DNA of 64,000 bases from Candidatus Woesearchaeota archaeon CG10_big_fil_rev_8_21_14_0_10_44_13 (GCA_002762985.1 PCXZ01000018.1:741-64740), one strand, 5' to 3'. Shown: positions 9,942 to 19,703, numbered from the stretch's first letter. A program made the numbers and translations. Notes: generated by a model not told the origin, from the sequence alone.

Positions 9942-10589
9942 TTAAAACTTTACTGAAGCAAACCCGCCCAATACATAGGTTGGTCTTTTTCCGCTTCCAA
10001 TGCCGGAGATGTCTGCTGCCGGGCCAATTGTGAATTTGCCTCTTCCAATGCCCAATCTCATCCTTGTCAGGTCATAGTTATAACTATTGTCAGTCATATT
10101 GACGACCTCTTCCATTCTTCCAGCCAGCTTCCATTTTCCGCCTATGCCTTTAGTATAACCTAAAACTCCTGTAAATTCGGTATTTGGGTTTTCGCTGAAA
10201 TTCCTTGTTATTAAAGCATATGCTGTAAGATTTTTCCCTGCTTCCCTGAAATATTGAATTCCCAGCCTTGCATCTAATTCTGAACCGGGGACATATTGTG
10301 TTTCTGCAACAGCATCAAATCCTTTACCCAATGCGTAGCTCAGGTCCACTGACGTAAATGAACCAACCATGCGGCTATCATCTAAAGTTGTCCTGTTCCT
10401 AAGAAAGAAGTTTGCTCTCTTGGCAATCTCCCCGCTAAGCTTTGTGTCTATTGTTGTAGAAACATTGCTGTTGGCATCTGCTCCTGAAACAATCTCCACA
10501 GTGGCGTCTGCTGCCTTTGCAGGGATTGCATTAATCAAAGCAATGTAAACTCCAATGGCCATCATTCCGATTTTCTTTATTGTTGACAT
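9942..10589 (-). CDS. Secreted beta-barrel OMP-like protein
   Basis: Signal peptide ending AKA/AD; Gly/Thr/Ser/Tyr-rich mature part with alternating pattern and a C-terminal ...ASVKF aromatic end. Confidence 0.45.
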   Translation of the reverse strand: MSTIKKIGMMAIGVYIALINAIPAKAADATVEIVSGADANSNVSTTIDTKLSGEIAKRANFFLRNRTTLDDSRMVGSFTSVDLSYALGKGFDAVAETQYVPGSELDARLGIQYFREAGKNLTAYALITRNFSENPNTEFTGVLGYTKGIGGKWKLAGRMEEVVNMTDNSYNYDLTRMRLGIGRGKFTIGPAADISGIGSGKRPTYVLGGFASVKF

Positions 10590-10611
10590 CTTATTTGCCT
10601 CATTTCATCTT

Positions 10612-11022
10612 TCATTTTATTTTATTTAGGGCATGATATTCCTCTAAAGAAATTTTCATTCTTTTTACCTCTTTTTGGAATATATAGGCCATATTCAAAA
10701 GAAGTGCGCCGCAATAAACGGATGTAATCGCAAATAGATTGGAATCCAATGAGGCATTTTCAGAACCTACCAATGAAATCAGTCCAGTGGCAGACATACC
10801 TGCACCCATATACCCTACTGCATTCCTTACTGCCTTCCCCGTTTTTAATCCTGTTTCTAATTGTTCTTCTTTAGACTGATCTTCTGAAGGAAGTTTTAGG
10901 GGATACAATGAGATTTCTAATATTTTATCTGTTATTTCCGATTTGCTGATTGGATAAGTTAATGCTTTGCCCACATAAGGCATCTTTCCGGCTGTTTCGT
11001 TCAGTTTTGTTCTTATTGACAT
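10612..11022 (-). CDS. Hypothetical protein
   Basis: 136-aa ORF with Gly-rich hydrophobic segment. Confidence 0.4.
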   Translation of the reverse strand: MSIRTKLNETAGKMPYVGKALTYPISKSEITDKILEISLYPLKLPSEDQSKEEQLETGLKTGKAVRNAVGYMGAGMSATGLISLVGSENASLDSNLFAITSVYCGALLLNMAYIFQKEVKRMKISLEEYHALNKIK

Positions 11023-11149
11023 TTTCTCAACCTCGATTATTTTTTATCCTAATGTAGTAACAACACCACCTATTATAAATATCTTACCACACCATAACTG
11101 GTATAGCAACCATAAGATTTATATATAAAACCCCCTCAAAACACCAGAT

Positions 11150-11917
11150 ATGGACATTTCAACACTCAAAGAAGCCGGCCTGACAGAAGGAGAGATCAAG
11201 GTATATCTTGCTTTGTTAGAATTAGGCTCCAGCACAACGGGCCCGATAGTTGAGAAATCCAGGATAGCCCGTTCTATTATTTATCAAATTCTAGAAAAGC
11301 TTATGCAGAAAGGCCTTGTCTCTGTCATAACAAAAGAGAAGACAAAATATTTCCAGGCTGCAGAGCCGAATAAGATATTGGATTACATTGATGAAAGGGA
11401 AGAAAGACTGCAGGAAAACAAGGAGATGATTGAAAAACTGCTGCCGGAGCTTGAACTCAAGCAGAAGATGGCTGTGAAGAGCGCGACAAACATGTATTTT
11501 GGTTACAAAGGCATCCGCACAGCACATGAACATCTGTATTTGAAGCTGAAAAAAGGCGAAAGCTATGATTATATGGGCGTCCCTGCTTTCCAGCCAGAAG
11601 AACAGCATCTTTACTGGAAAAGGGATCATGTCAGAAGAATAAAGGCAAAAATAAAAACAAGAATATTATTCAATATAGATGCTGATCAAAACACATTAAA
11701 AAACAGGAATTCATATTGGGGGGTTGATGCAAGATACATGCCTGAAGGGATAAGAACTCCTGCCTGTTTTGCCATCTTCAAGGATACAACAATAATCATC
11801 TTGCAGTCCCCTCATGCCCTCGCAGTAGAAATAATCAATCAGGACATCGCAGACTCATTCCAGGCCTATTTCGAGGAATTCTGGAAGAGGAGTGAGCCGT
11901 TTAAACCAAACCCCTAA
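11150..11917 (+). CDS. TrmB-family transcriptional regulator
   Basis: N-terminal LTEGEIKVYLALLELGSSTTGPIVEKS.IARS.IYQILEKL wHTH; paralog of the 63275.. ORF. Confidence 0.75.
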   Translation: MDISTLKEAGLTEGEIKVYLALLELGSSTTGPIVEKSRIARSIIYQILEKLMQKGLVSVITKEKTKYFQAAEPNKILDYIDEREERLQENKEMIEKLLPELELKQKMAVKSATNMYFGYKGIRTAHEHLYLKLKKGESYDYMGVPAFQPEEQHLYWKRDHVRRIKAKIKTRILFNIDADQNTLKNRNSYWGVDARYMPEGIRTPACFAIFKDTTIIILQSPHALAVEIINQDIADSFQAYFEEFWKRSEPFKPNP

Positions 11918-12483
11918 ATCTCATGCCCCATCTTCTCTCTTTTCGCATCAAGATACCTCTTGTTATGCCCGTTCGGCTGGACAACGATGGGTATCCTCTC
12001 AGAGACCTCTATGCTTCCGTTCAGCCCCTTTATCTTCTCAGGATTATTCGTGATCAGCCTTATCTTCTTCAGACCGAGATCCTTCAGGATTGCGACAGCA
12101 GCAGAATAATCCCTCTCATCGGCCCTGAAGCCCAGCTGGTGGTTGGCTTCGACTGTGTCCATGCCTTTGTCCTGCAATGAATATGCCTTCATCTTGTTCA
12201 GCAAACCTATGCCCCTGCCTTCCTGCCTGAGATAGATCAAAACACCGTTCCTGCCTTCAGCGATAATCTGCATTGATCTTTCAAGCTGCTCCCTGCAGTC
12301 GCATCTCAATGAGAAAAGAGCCTCTCCTGTCAGGCATTCGGAATGGATCCTTACAAGAGCGCCATCTTCAGGATTCCCTGCTACCAAGGCCATGTGGCAT
12401 TTCTCTCCTTCAGAATAGGGGATCAGCCTGAACTGCCCGAATTTTGTGGGAAACTTCACCTCATCCCCTTTATTTAGCCTCAT
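11914..12483 (-). CDS. ribA: GTP cyclohydrolase II
   Basis: RIHSECLTGEALFSLRCDCREQL zinc-binding motif. Confidence 0.85.
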   Translation of the reverse strand: MRLNKGDEVKFPTKFGQFRLIPYSEGEKCHMALVAGNPEDGALVRIHSECLTGEALFSLRCDCREQLERSMQIIAEGRNGVLIYLRQEGRGIGLLNKMKAYSLQDKGMDTVEANHQLGFRADERDYSAAVAILKDLGLKKIRLITNNPEKIKGLNGSIEVSERIPIVVQPNGHNKRYLDAKREKMGHEI

Positions 12484-13586
12484 ATATATCCCTCTATGAC
12501 GACATCATCGCCTATCTTCCTTATCTCGACATCCCTGAGGTTTATCGCCTGGTCCATGTTCCTTATGCCTTCTCCGCCGAGAGGCGTCTTTGCATCCCTG
12601 CCGCCGATGATCTTGGGGGAGATGAAATAGACGAATTTGTCGACTATGCCTTGTTTCAGCGCAGAGGCGCTTATCTCTGAGCCCCCTTCAATCATTATAT
12701 TTGTTATACCCCTTAGGACAAGCTCATACATCAGCTCTTTCAGGTCAACCTTATCTTCATCCTTCCCGACAATCACAACACCGATGCCTTTCTGCTCAAG
12801 CGCCACCTTTTTCTGCCTGTCGCATCTCTTTGTCGTTGCGATCAGCGCATTCTTGTCTGCCAATATCCTTGAATCCAATGGTATCCTCAATCTGCTGTCG
12901 AGTATTATCCTCAAAGGGTCCCTTCCGTTCTCCATCCTGCATGTAAGCCTAGGATTGTCGTGAAGGACGGTGTTTATGCCGACGATGACTGCATCAACCC
13001 GGTTCCTGAGTTCATGGACATATCTCCTGCTCGCCTCTGAGCTTATCCATTTCGACATCCCTGTAGTGGTTGCTATCTTCCCGTCCAGCGTCATGGCTGC
13101 CTTCAATATGACGAACGGCCTTTTTGTAGTGACATATTTTATGAATGCCTCGTTCAGCTTCCTTGTCTCCTTCTCCATTATGCCGTATTCAGTCTCTATC
13201 CCGTGTTTTTTCAGTTCCCGGAAGCCATTCCCGTTCACTTTCGGATTCGGGTCCTGGATAGAGGAGACGACCCTGCTTATGCCTGCCTCGATTATCGCTT
13301 TTGTGCATGGGCCTGTACGGCCATAGTGGCAGCAGGGTTCAAGAAGGGTGTACATGGTTGCGCCTTTCAGCATGCTCTTGTCGCTTACAGAATTCATCGC
13401 CTCGATCTCAGCATGAGGCATGCCAGCTTTCTTATGGTACCCATGGCCTATCACTGTGCAGTCTTTGACTATGACTGCCCCCACTATGGGATTCGGAGAA
13501 GTCCTTCCTTCAGCTTTCCTGGCCAGCTCAAACGCAAGCTGCATGAAATAGCTGTCCTCTTTTTTTCCTCGCCCTTCCATTTTCAT
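12480..13586 (-). CDS. ribD: Bifunctional riboflavin deaminase/reductase
   Basis: HAEIEAM ... PCCHYGRTGPC deaminase motif plus C-terminal reductase domain; 368 aa. Confidence 0.85.
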   Translation of the reverse strand: MKMEGRGKKEDSYFMQLAFELARKAEGRTSPNPIVGAVIVKDCTVIGHGYHKKAGMPHAEIEAMNSVSDKSMLKGATMYTLLEPCCHYGRTGPCTKAIIEAGISRVVSSIQDPNPKVNGNGFRELKKHGIETEYGIMEKETRKLNEAFIKYVTTKRPFVILKAAMTLDGKIATTTGMSKWISSEASRRYVHELRNRVDAVIVGINTVLHDNPRLTCRMENGRDPLRIILDSRLRIPLDSRILADKNALIATTKRCDRQKKVALEQKGIGVVIVGKDEDKVDLKELMYELVLRGITNIMIEGGSEISASALKQGIVDKFVYFISPKIIGGRDAKTPLGGEGIRNMDQAINLRDVEIRKIGDDVVIEGYI

Positions 13587-13603
13587 TCACAGATTATGAG
13601 CTT

Positions 13604-14029
13604 CTATTTAAGCCTTCTCAGCATCTTCAGGCATGACTCTACTGACCGTTTTGCATACTCATCGATCCTGTCAACGGCTCCTGCATGGGTTATCTTCGGC
13701 CCCGTAACTCCCAGTGCGACGGGCTTGTCGAACTGTACTGCCAGGTCTGCCATCTTCCTTGCCGCATTCTGCGCAACGATGTTGTCATGGTCAGTGTCCC
13801 CTTCGATGACGGCGCCCAAAGTCACAACTCCGTCTATATTCTTCATCTCAAGAAGCCTCTTTATAGCCAATGGCATGTCAAATGCTCCCGGCACCCTCAT
13901 GACCTTCTCCACCTTTGCGCCCATGAAGACTGCATGCTCTTCTGCCATCTTCGCCATGAGATGGGTGATGTCTGCGTTGAAATCCGACACAACAAACCCT
14001 ATCTTTTCATTCATTTTTATCCCCCGCAT
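13604..14029 (-). CDS. ribH: 6,7-dimethyl-8-ribityllumazine synthase
   Basis: 141 aa, lumazine synthase fold motifs (GAFDMP, TLGAVIEGDT). Confidence 0.8.
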   Translation of the reverse strand: MRGIKMNEKIGFVVSDFNADITHLMAKMAEEHAVFMGAKVEKVMRVPGAFDMPLAIKRLLEMKNIDGVVTLGAVIEGDTDHDNIVAQNAARKMADLAVQFDKPVALGVTGPKITHAGAVDRIDEYAKRSVESCLKMLRRLK

Positions 14030-14066
14030 TGTTTTTTATCATTAAATCACCATAAAACATAAGAGA

Positions 14067-14543
<477 letters not shown>

Positions 14544-14949
14544 TTAGATGCAATTTTGATAATAAACCATGGATTTTTTATTTAAGTTTTGCTACTTATT
14601 TTCGGGTAACTATGAAAAAACAGGAGACTGGAAGAGATGATGGATCGGATCTGCAGCAGCATACGGAAAAAAATCAGAAAAATATTTTTTTGGAAAAAAA
14701 ATCAGAAAATCCGGAAAAAATCAGAAACATTTATAAAGAAAAAAAATATACTCACTAATAGCAGACGAAATTCAAAATAATTTTCAAGAATAGTATTAAA
14801 AAACAACGAGGTGAAAACTTGGCAAAGAAGAAAGCAGCAAAGAAGAAATCAGGAAAAAAGAAGAAAAGAAGATAAATTCTGTTAAAGCCCCTTAGTGCAA
14901 AGCAATGAGGGGCGATTTTTTTTAAGTTGATTCGATTCTGGATTGAGAC

Positions 14950-16212
14950 TCAGAATTCCCCTAATGAAGTCTGTTTCTGCCTGATTTTCTGCGGATTCTC
15001 AGCTATCTTCCTGTCCTCATCGCTGAAGACAGGAATCCCATACTCGCCGTCAAATCCCGGCTTGACTTCTATCTTCCCTTCCCTGTTCCTGATTATCATC
15101 TCAGCTATCTTTGGGCTTGTGAACTTCATAAGCTCATTCTCGCTGGCGTTCAGGAGTATGTTGAACTCAGACTTGAAGTTCGCAATAAGGTTATTGTATT
15201 CTTTCCATACTGCCTGTGTTGCTATCTCCCTGTCCAGGAGCTTCGCAAGTATCTCTGAGAGAGGTATCAGTCTCCTGAATGGCTTCGCCCCTTTAGGCCT
15301 GAAACCCATCGGCCTGTCTGCCAATGCCTCCACCCTCTCAAGCACCCCAACAGTAAGTTTTTTCCCGCAATTAGGGCAGATATCCCCTAATTTCCTTGCC
15401 TGCTTCGGATCCAGGCAGATATTGCAGTTCCTATGGCCCGTGTAATGGTATTTACCATATCCAGGATCAACCTCTATCGTCCCCTGCAATCCTTCCCTTG
15501 TCCTGATCGCCTTTATCAGATTGTCATAAGTCAATCTTATGTCGAATAGAGTAGCTTCCCTTCCTATCCTCCATGGCCAGAAGCTATGCAGGTCAGAGGA
15601 TGACACCAAAGCGAAATCATCAAGCTGTGAAAGCCTCCAGTTCATCTCGGGATCAGAGCTCATACCAGTCTCAAGAGCATGGATATTCCTAGTCTGGTCC
15701 TGGAAGCAGTCCTTGACAGAATCAAATCCGCTATTTGAACCAAACATGCTGAACCACGGCGTCCATATATGCGCAGGTATCACTTCTATACCCCCGGCTA
15801 TCTTCATCATATCTTCAACAAACTCAGGGCACGGCATCCCGAAGATGGGCCTCCCGTCATAATCCACCCTTCCTTTTTTCTTAAGATATTCTGTTATCTG
15901 CCTCACGATATCGAAGTTTTTTGCAAGAACGACAAGATGGACCTTCCTTCCTTTCCCCTGGTGGGTGTAGATGAGCGAGAGCTCGGTCTGGAGGACGAAC
16001 GGGAATCCGTCTTTTGTCCTTAATATCCCTGTGTCATCCTCTGCGAGCTTCTGCTTCAGCTCTTCAATCCATTTCGGATGCGTGAAATCGCCTGTGCCGA
16101 GAAGATCGACGCCTTTTATCAGCGCATACTTCTGCAGGTTATCTATGTCAAGGGATGTGCTCGTACCTCTGCTGAACCTGCCGTGGATGTGAAGATCTGC
16201 TATTATTGCCAT
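14950..16212 (-). CDS. Endonuclease Q-like (PHP domain plus zinc ribbon)
   Basis: ADLHIHGRFS PHP motif and CNICLD...CPNCGKK zinc ribbon; 420 aa, as in archaeal EndoQ. Confidence 0.6.
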   Translation of the reverse strand: MAIIADLHIHGRFSRGTSTSLDIDNLQKYALIKGVDLLGTGDFTHPKWIEELKQKLAEDDTGILRTKDGFPFVLQTELSLIYTHQGKGRKVHLVVLAKNFDIVRQITEYLKKKGRVDYDGRPIFGMPCPEFVEDMMKIAGGIEVIPAHIWTPWFSMFGSNSGFDSVKDCFQDQTRNIHALETGMSSDPEMNWRLSQLDDFALVSSSDLHSFWPWRIGREATLFDIRLTYDNLIKAIRTREGLQGTIEVDPGYGKYHYTGHRNCNICLDPKQARKLGDICPNCGKKLTVGVLERVEALADRPMGFRPKGAKPFRRLIPLSEILAKLLDREIATQAVWKEYNNLIANFKSEFNILLNASENELMKFTSPKIAEMIIRNREGKIEVKPGFDGEYGIPVFSDEDRKIAENPQKIRQKQTSLGEF

Positions 16213-16345
16213 GTTACCCCCTTCAGCCTCGAATGCTTCCTGCCCTCTTTAAAGCATAGCGCAAAGCATATAAAAATATTGCGGGAAAAACTATGACAGC
16301 AAACTTTATTAATCGAATCAACCCTAACCCTTTATAAAAGAGCAT

Positions 16346-16918
16346 TTGGCCGATAAAACCAAAAGAGGTGGCATAATGAACATAAAAGAGAATATTCTCA
16401 GGATGAAAGATATGACCGAGCTCATGCTCGATCTGGCTTATTCTGCTGTTTTCCTGAAGGACAGGCAGATAGTCGACAAGGTCAAGGATATGCATAAGGA
16501 GATAGGTCTCCTTGAGGAGCAGACATTGAAGATGGTCTTCAAGATAAAAGAGTCTGATGAGGACAGGATGTTCATAGTCAACCTTACTGATTACATCAAG
16601 GACATATCGAATGCTGCACTGCAGATTGCAGAGCTTTCTTCCGGCAAAGGCACGCCGCCAATTGTGAGGGATATCCTCACAGAGAGCAGCAAGATGGTGA
16701 TAACGGCAAAGATACACCCCAAATCATCTTATGCTAACAAGATGATAGGGCAGAACCATATAAGGACGAACACAAAGGCGACGATAATAGGCGTGAAGAG
16801 GAGCGGGAGCTGGATATTCAGCATAGACAAGAACTTCAGGCTTATGCCTGATGATGAAGTGATTGCAATAGGGAGCTATGAAGCGGACAAACTTTTCAAG
16901 AAATACGCTTCTGACTGA
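16346..16918 (+). CDS. PhoU-like plus TrkA_C domain regulatory protein
   Basis: PhoU-like helical N-terminus; C-terminal TrkA_C-like segment IIGVKRSGSWIFSIDKNFRLMPDDEVIAIGS. Confidence 0.6.
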   Translation: MADKTKRGGIMNIKENILRMKDMTELMLDLAYSAVFLKDRQIVDKVKDMHKEIGLLEEQTLKMVFKIKESDEDRMFIVNLTDYIKDISNAALQIAELSSGKGTPPIVRDILTESSKMVITAKIHPKSSYANKMIGQNHIRTNTKATIIGVKRSGSWIFSIDKNFRLMPDDEVIAIGSYEADKLFKKYASD

Positions 16919-16931
16919 TCGCTAGCCTAAA

Positions 16932-17471
16932 ATGACATTCTCTGATTTCAAGGAGATATCCGCGGGGCAGTTCGTATCAATAACCGGAGGGCTGATTGCA
17001 GGCATAATCCTTGCCTCAATCAAGGATGATCTGCTGCTTGTTCCGGGTCTCCTGATATTGATCCCTGGGTTCCTTGAGATGAAAGGCAATGTCAATGGGT
17101 CTTTGGCCTCAAGACTCAGCTCTGCATTGCATATCGGCCGCATAAAACCGAAGATAGACAACTCACCCTTCATAAGAGAGAATCTCCTTGCATCACTCAT
17201 CCTTGTCCTTTTGGTCGGAACAGTGCTGGGTGTGGCTTCTTTGGCCGCAACATACATCTACTTCCATGTTTTTTACATAAAGATAGTGTATATAGCCATC
17301 CTGACCTCATTGATATCGGATATCCTTTCTATCCCTCTGACCACAGTAACCTGCTTTTGGCTTTTCAAGAAAGGCTATGACCCTGACAATATAATGGGAC
17401 CGTATGTGACGACAACAGGGGATATAATAAGCCTGATAGCCTTGTTTTTGGCTGCATGGGTGATAGTATGA
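16932..17471 (+). CDS. MgtE-type divalent cation transporter membrane domain (half-transporter)
   Basis: Multi-TM protein with LIPGFLEMKGNVNGSLASRLSS MgtE-like motif. Confidence 0.65.
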   Translation: MTFSDFKEISAGQFVSITGGLIAGIILASIKDDLLLVPGLLILIPGFLEMKGNVNGSLASRLSSALHIGRIKPKIDNSPFIRENLLASLILVLLVGTVLGVASLAATYIYFHVFYIKIVYIAILTSLISDILSIPLTTVTCFWLFKKGYDPDNIMGPYVTTTGDIISLIALFLAAWVIV

Positions 17472-18028
17472 AGATATTCTGGAAGATAATGAAGGAGAGC
17501 ATAAAGATACTCATACTTGCCTCCCTCATAAGCTCTCTCGGAGGCATAGGCCTTGAGAGCGTCAGTGCAAGGCTTGTCGCCCTCATCCCTCTCCTCATAC
17601 TGATGCCTGCGATGAATGATATGATAGGCGATTTCGGCGCGATAATCTCCTCAAAGATATCCACCATGCTATATCTCGGCAGGCTTAAAGAAAAAAGATG
17701 GTGGGGCTCGCATGAAGCAGGGGATGTTTTCCTGACAGTTGCTGTTGTTTCTATCCTTAGCGCAGTATATATCAGCCTTCTTTCCGGAGCAATAGCCTTG
17801 TTCAGGGGATTTGACCTGAAAGGCGTGTTCCTCCTGAAGCTTGTCATTGTCACGATAATGACGACGATAATACTCATCGTGTTCATGTTCTGGCTTTCTG
17901 CCACTGCAGGATTCTACACGTTCAAGAAGAATGAAGACCCGAGCAATTTCCTGATACCCCTCACGACATCAGTGGCGGATCTCGGCAGCATGCTCATAAT
18001 GACGAGCATGATAATGTGGTTCTTCTGA
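17456..18028 (+). CDS. MgtE-type divalent cation transporter membrane domain (second half)
   Basis: Paralogous to the preceding ORF (LILMPAMNDMIGDFGAIISSKIS); 16-nt overlap. Confidence 0.65.
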   Translation: MGDSMKIFWKIMKESIKILILASLISSLGGIGLESVSARLVALIPLLILMPAMNDMIGDFGAIISSKISTMLYLGRLKEKRWWGSHEAGDVFLTVAVVSILSAVYISLLSGAIALFRGFDLKGVFLLKLVIVTIMTTIILIVFMFWLSATAGFYTFKKNEDPSNFLIPLTTSVADLGSMLIMTSMIMWFF

Positions 18029-18097
18029 AAATGGCCCTGTGAAACAAAAGTTTTTTATATTAAGCCATGAAATACCCGGATATTCGAAAGTGATCGG

Positions 18098-18622
18098 ATG
18101 GAAATAAGAAAAGAGACGGATTTTCTGGAAAAGAGCAGGCAGTTCGCCGATTGGCGCAGGAAAAACAAGGATAATTACCTATCTTATATCCTTTTCATCA
18201 GCGGCGAAAAGGAAGACAAGCTTGAGATGGGCTATCATAACAAGAAGAATGACAAGGTCACTACTTTCTGCATAACTAACTGCGGGAAAAAGGAAAGGGG
18301 CATAGAGATCAGGCCTGAGGAGAATGTATTCAAGAAGCCGGACATGGATGTCAAAAAGCTTGAGATGGACACAGTGAAGATAGATGTGGGAGAGGCATTG
18401 GCAATAGCGCAGAAGCTCCAGAAAGAGAAATACCCTGCAGAGGCCCCGATAAAGATAGTCCTAATACTGCAGAACCTTGACCCTTACGGCCAGATATACA
18501 ACCTGACGTACGTCACAAAATGCTTCAAGACGCTCAATCTCAAGATAGATTCCGAGACAGGGGATGTGGTTGAAGAGGATCTTGTGTCTTTGATGCAGAT
18601 GGGCGGGAAAGAAGCCAAATAA
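18098..18622 (+). CDS. Hypothetical protein
   Basis: 174-aa ORF. Confidence 0.4.
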   Translation: MEIRKETDFLEKSRQFADWRRKNKDNYLSYILFISGEKEDKLEMGYHNKKNDKVTTFCITNCGKKERGIEIRPEENVFKKPDMDVKKLEMDTVKIDVGEALAIAQKLQKEKYPAEAPIKIVLILQNLDPYGQIYNLTYVTKCFKTLNLKIDSETGDVVEEDLVSLMQMGGKEAK

Positions 18623-18734
18623 GGGGATTTTTTAACAGGAATATATTTCTTATAATATTGAATGGTTTGTTTACATTTAATATCCAACATTATTTGCGGG
18701 ATAGATATGGTAATCTTTTATAGGACATACAACC

Positions 18735-18910
18735 TTATCTGAGGGGGAACGCGGTTCCCCCCGTCCCCCTCCTATAACGCAACTATGTTGGAGAGCAGTT
18801 GTTTGCGGGCAGTTGAGCGAGATAATGAAGAGAGCATGAGCCATATCCAGAAGTTCTGCGATGGAGGCGAATGGAAGGGGGATGATACAAAAAACTTAAA
18901 ATTGAAATAT
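18735..18910 (+). repeat. Intergenic repeat family, copy A
   Basis: TTATCTGAGGGGGAACGCGGTTCCCCCCGTCCCCCTCCT hairpin module, GAGCCATATCCAGAAGTTCTGCGATGGAGGCGAATGG core, GATGATACAAAAAACTTAAAAT tail. Confidence 0.7.
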
Positions 18911-19040
18911 GGGAGAATAACGAGTAGGTAACTCACCAGTAATCAAAATCCAAAAACATCTATTCTTTATAATACAACATCAAGAATATATTATTCATCG
19001 CAACATTATTTAAAAACAAAATGCCACAACACCTTTATGC

Positions 19041-19466
19041 ATGAAGCTGAAAGTCAAAAAACTCCAAGAAGATGCTATTCTTCCTCAGCATGCCAAAAAA
19101 GGCGATGCTGCCATCGACCTGAGTTCGTGCGAAGAGCTTGTTCTTAAGGCAGGAGAGAAGAGGCTTGTGAGGACAGGAATAAGCCTTGCGATACCAGAAG
19201 GCTTTGCCGGCTTTGTATGGGACCGTTCAGGCCTTGCAGCCAATCATTCTGTCCACAGCATAGCAGGAGTAGTCGATTCTGGGTACAGGGGTGAAGTGAA
19301 GGTCGTCCTGATAAACCTCAGCAAGGAGGATTTCAGGATCGAGAAAGGCATGAGGATAGCGCAGATGGCGATCCAGCCTGTTTCCTCAGTGGATGTCGAA
19401 GAAGTTAGGGAGCTGGATAATGATACTGAAAGGGGAAAAGGAGGATTTGGAAGCACTGGAAGATAG
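19041..19466 (+). CDS. dut: dUTP diphosphatase
   Basis: GDAAIDL ... RSGLA dUTPase motifs; 141 aa. Confidence 0.85.
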   Translation: MKLKVKKLQEDAILPQHAKKGDAAIDLSSCEELVLKAGEKRLVRTGISLAIPEGFAGFVWDRSGLAANHSVHSIAGVVDSGYRGEVKVVLINLSKEDFRIEKGMRIAQMAIQPVSSVDVEEVRELDNDTERGKGGFGSTGR

Positions 19467-19513
19467 TTAGCAAATATTAAATACTTGATAAGGATATAAA
19501 AAAGAGGTGTAAG

Positions 19514-19630
19514 ATGGCAGTGAGCTATAACGCAAAGAAGAATTGCAAGAAACTTGATTGTTTCTTCGATTGTGACGGGGAGAAACCTTCGGAAGCTGCA
19601 GAGGAAGAAGGATTGAAGGAAGCGATGTAG
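19514..19630 (+). CDS. Possible 38-aa Cys-containing small protein
   Basis: Strong SD AGAGGTG 7 nt upstream of the ATG; MAVSYNAKKNCKKLDCFFDCDGEKPSEAAEEEGLKEAM. Confidence 0.25.
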   Translation: MAVSYNAKKNCKKLDCFFDCDGEKPSEAAEEEGLKEAM

Positions 19631-19703
19631 CTGTTTTATTCTCTTTCTTGGAATATTGTTCTTGTGCGTTAGCTTTATTAATACATCACACAGAAGCATT
19701 CTG

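Noticed and set aside
14819-14875. 18-codon Lys-rich mini-ORF (LAKKKAAKKKSGKKKKRR), considered as ribosomal L41e-like
   Set aside because: It starts with TTG, the repeat is low-complexity AAG/AAA, and it does not resemble the L41e sequence. It is probably noncoding A-rich spacer.
18860-18880. GATGA boxes in the repeat tail as C/D-box sRNA signatures
   Set aside because: No matching D box (CUGA) at the right spacing and no k-turn pairing. GATGA is probably incidental.
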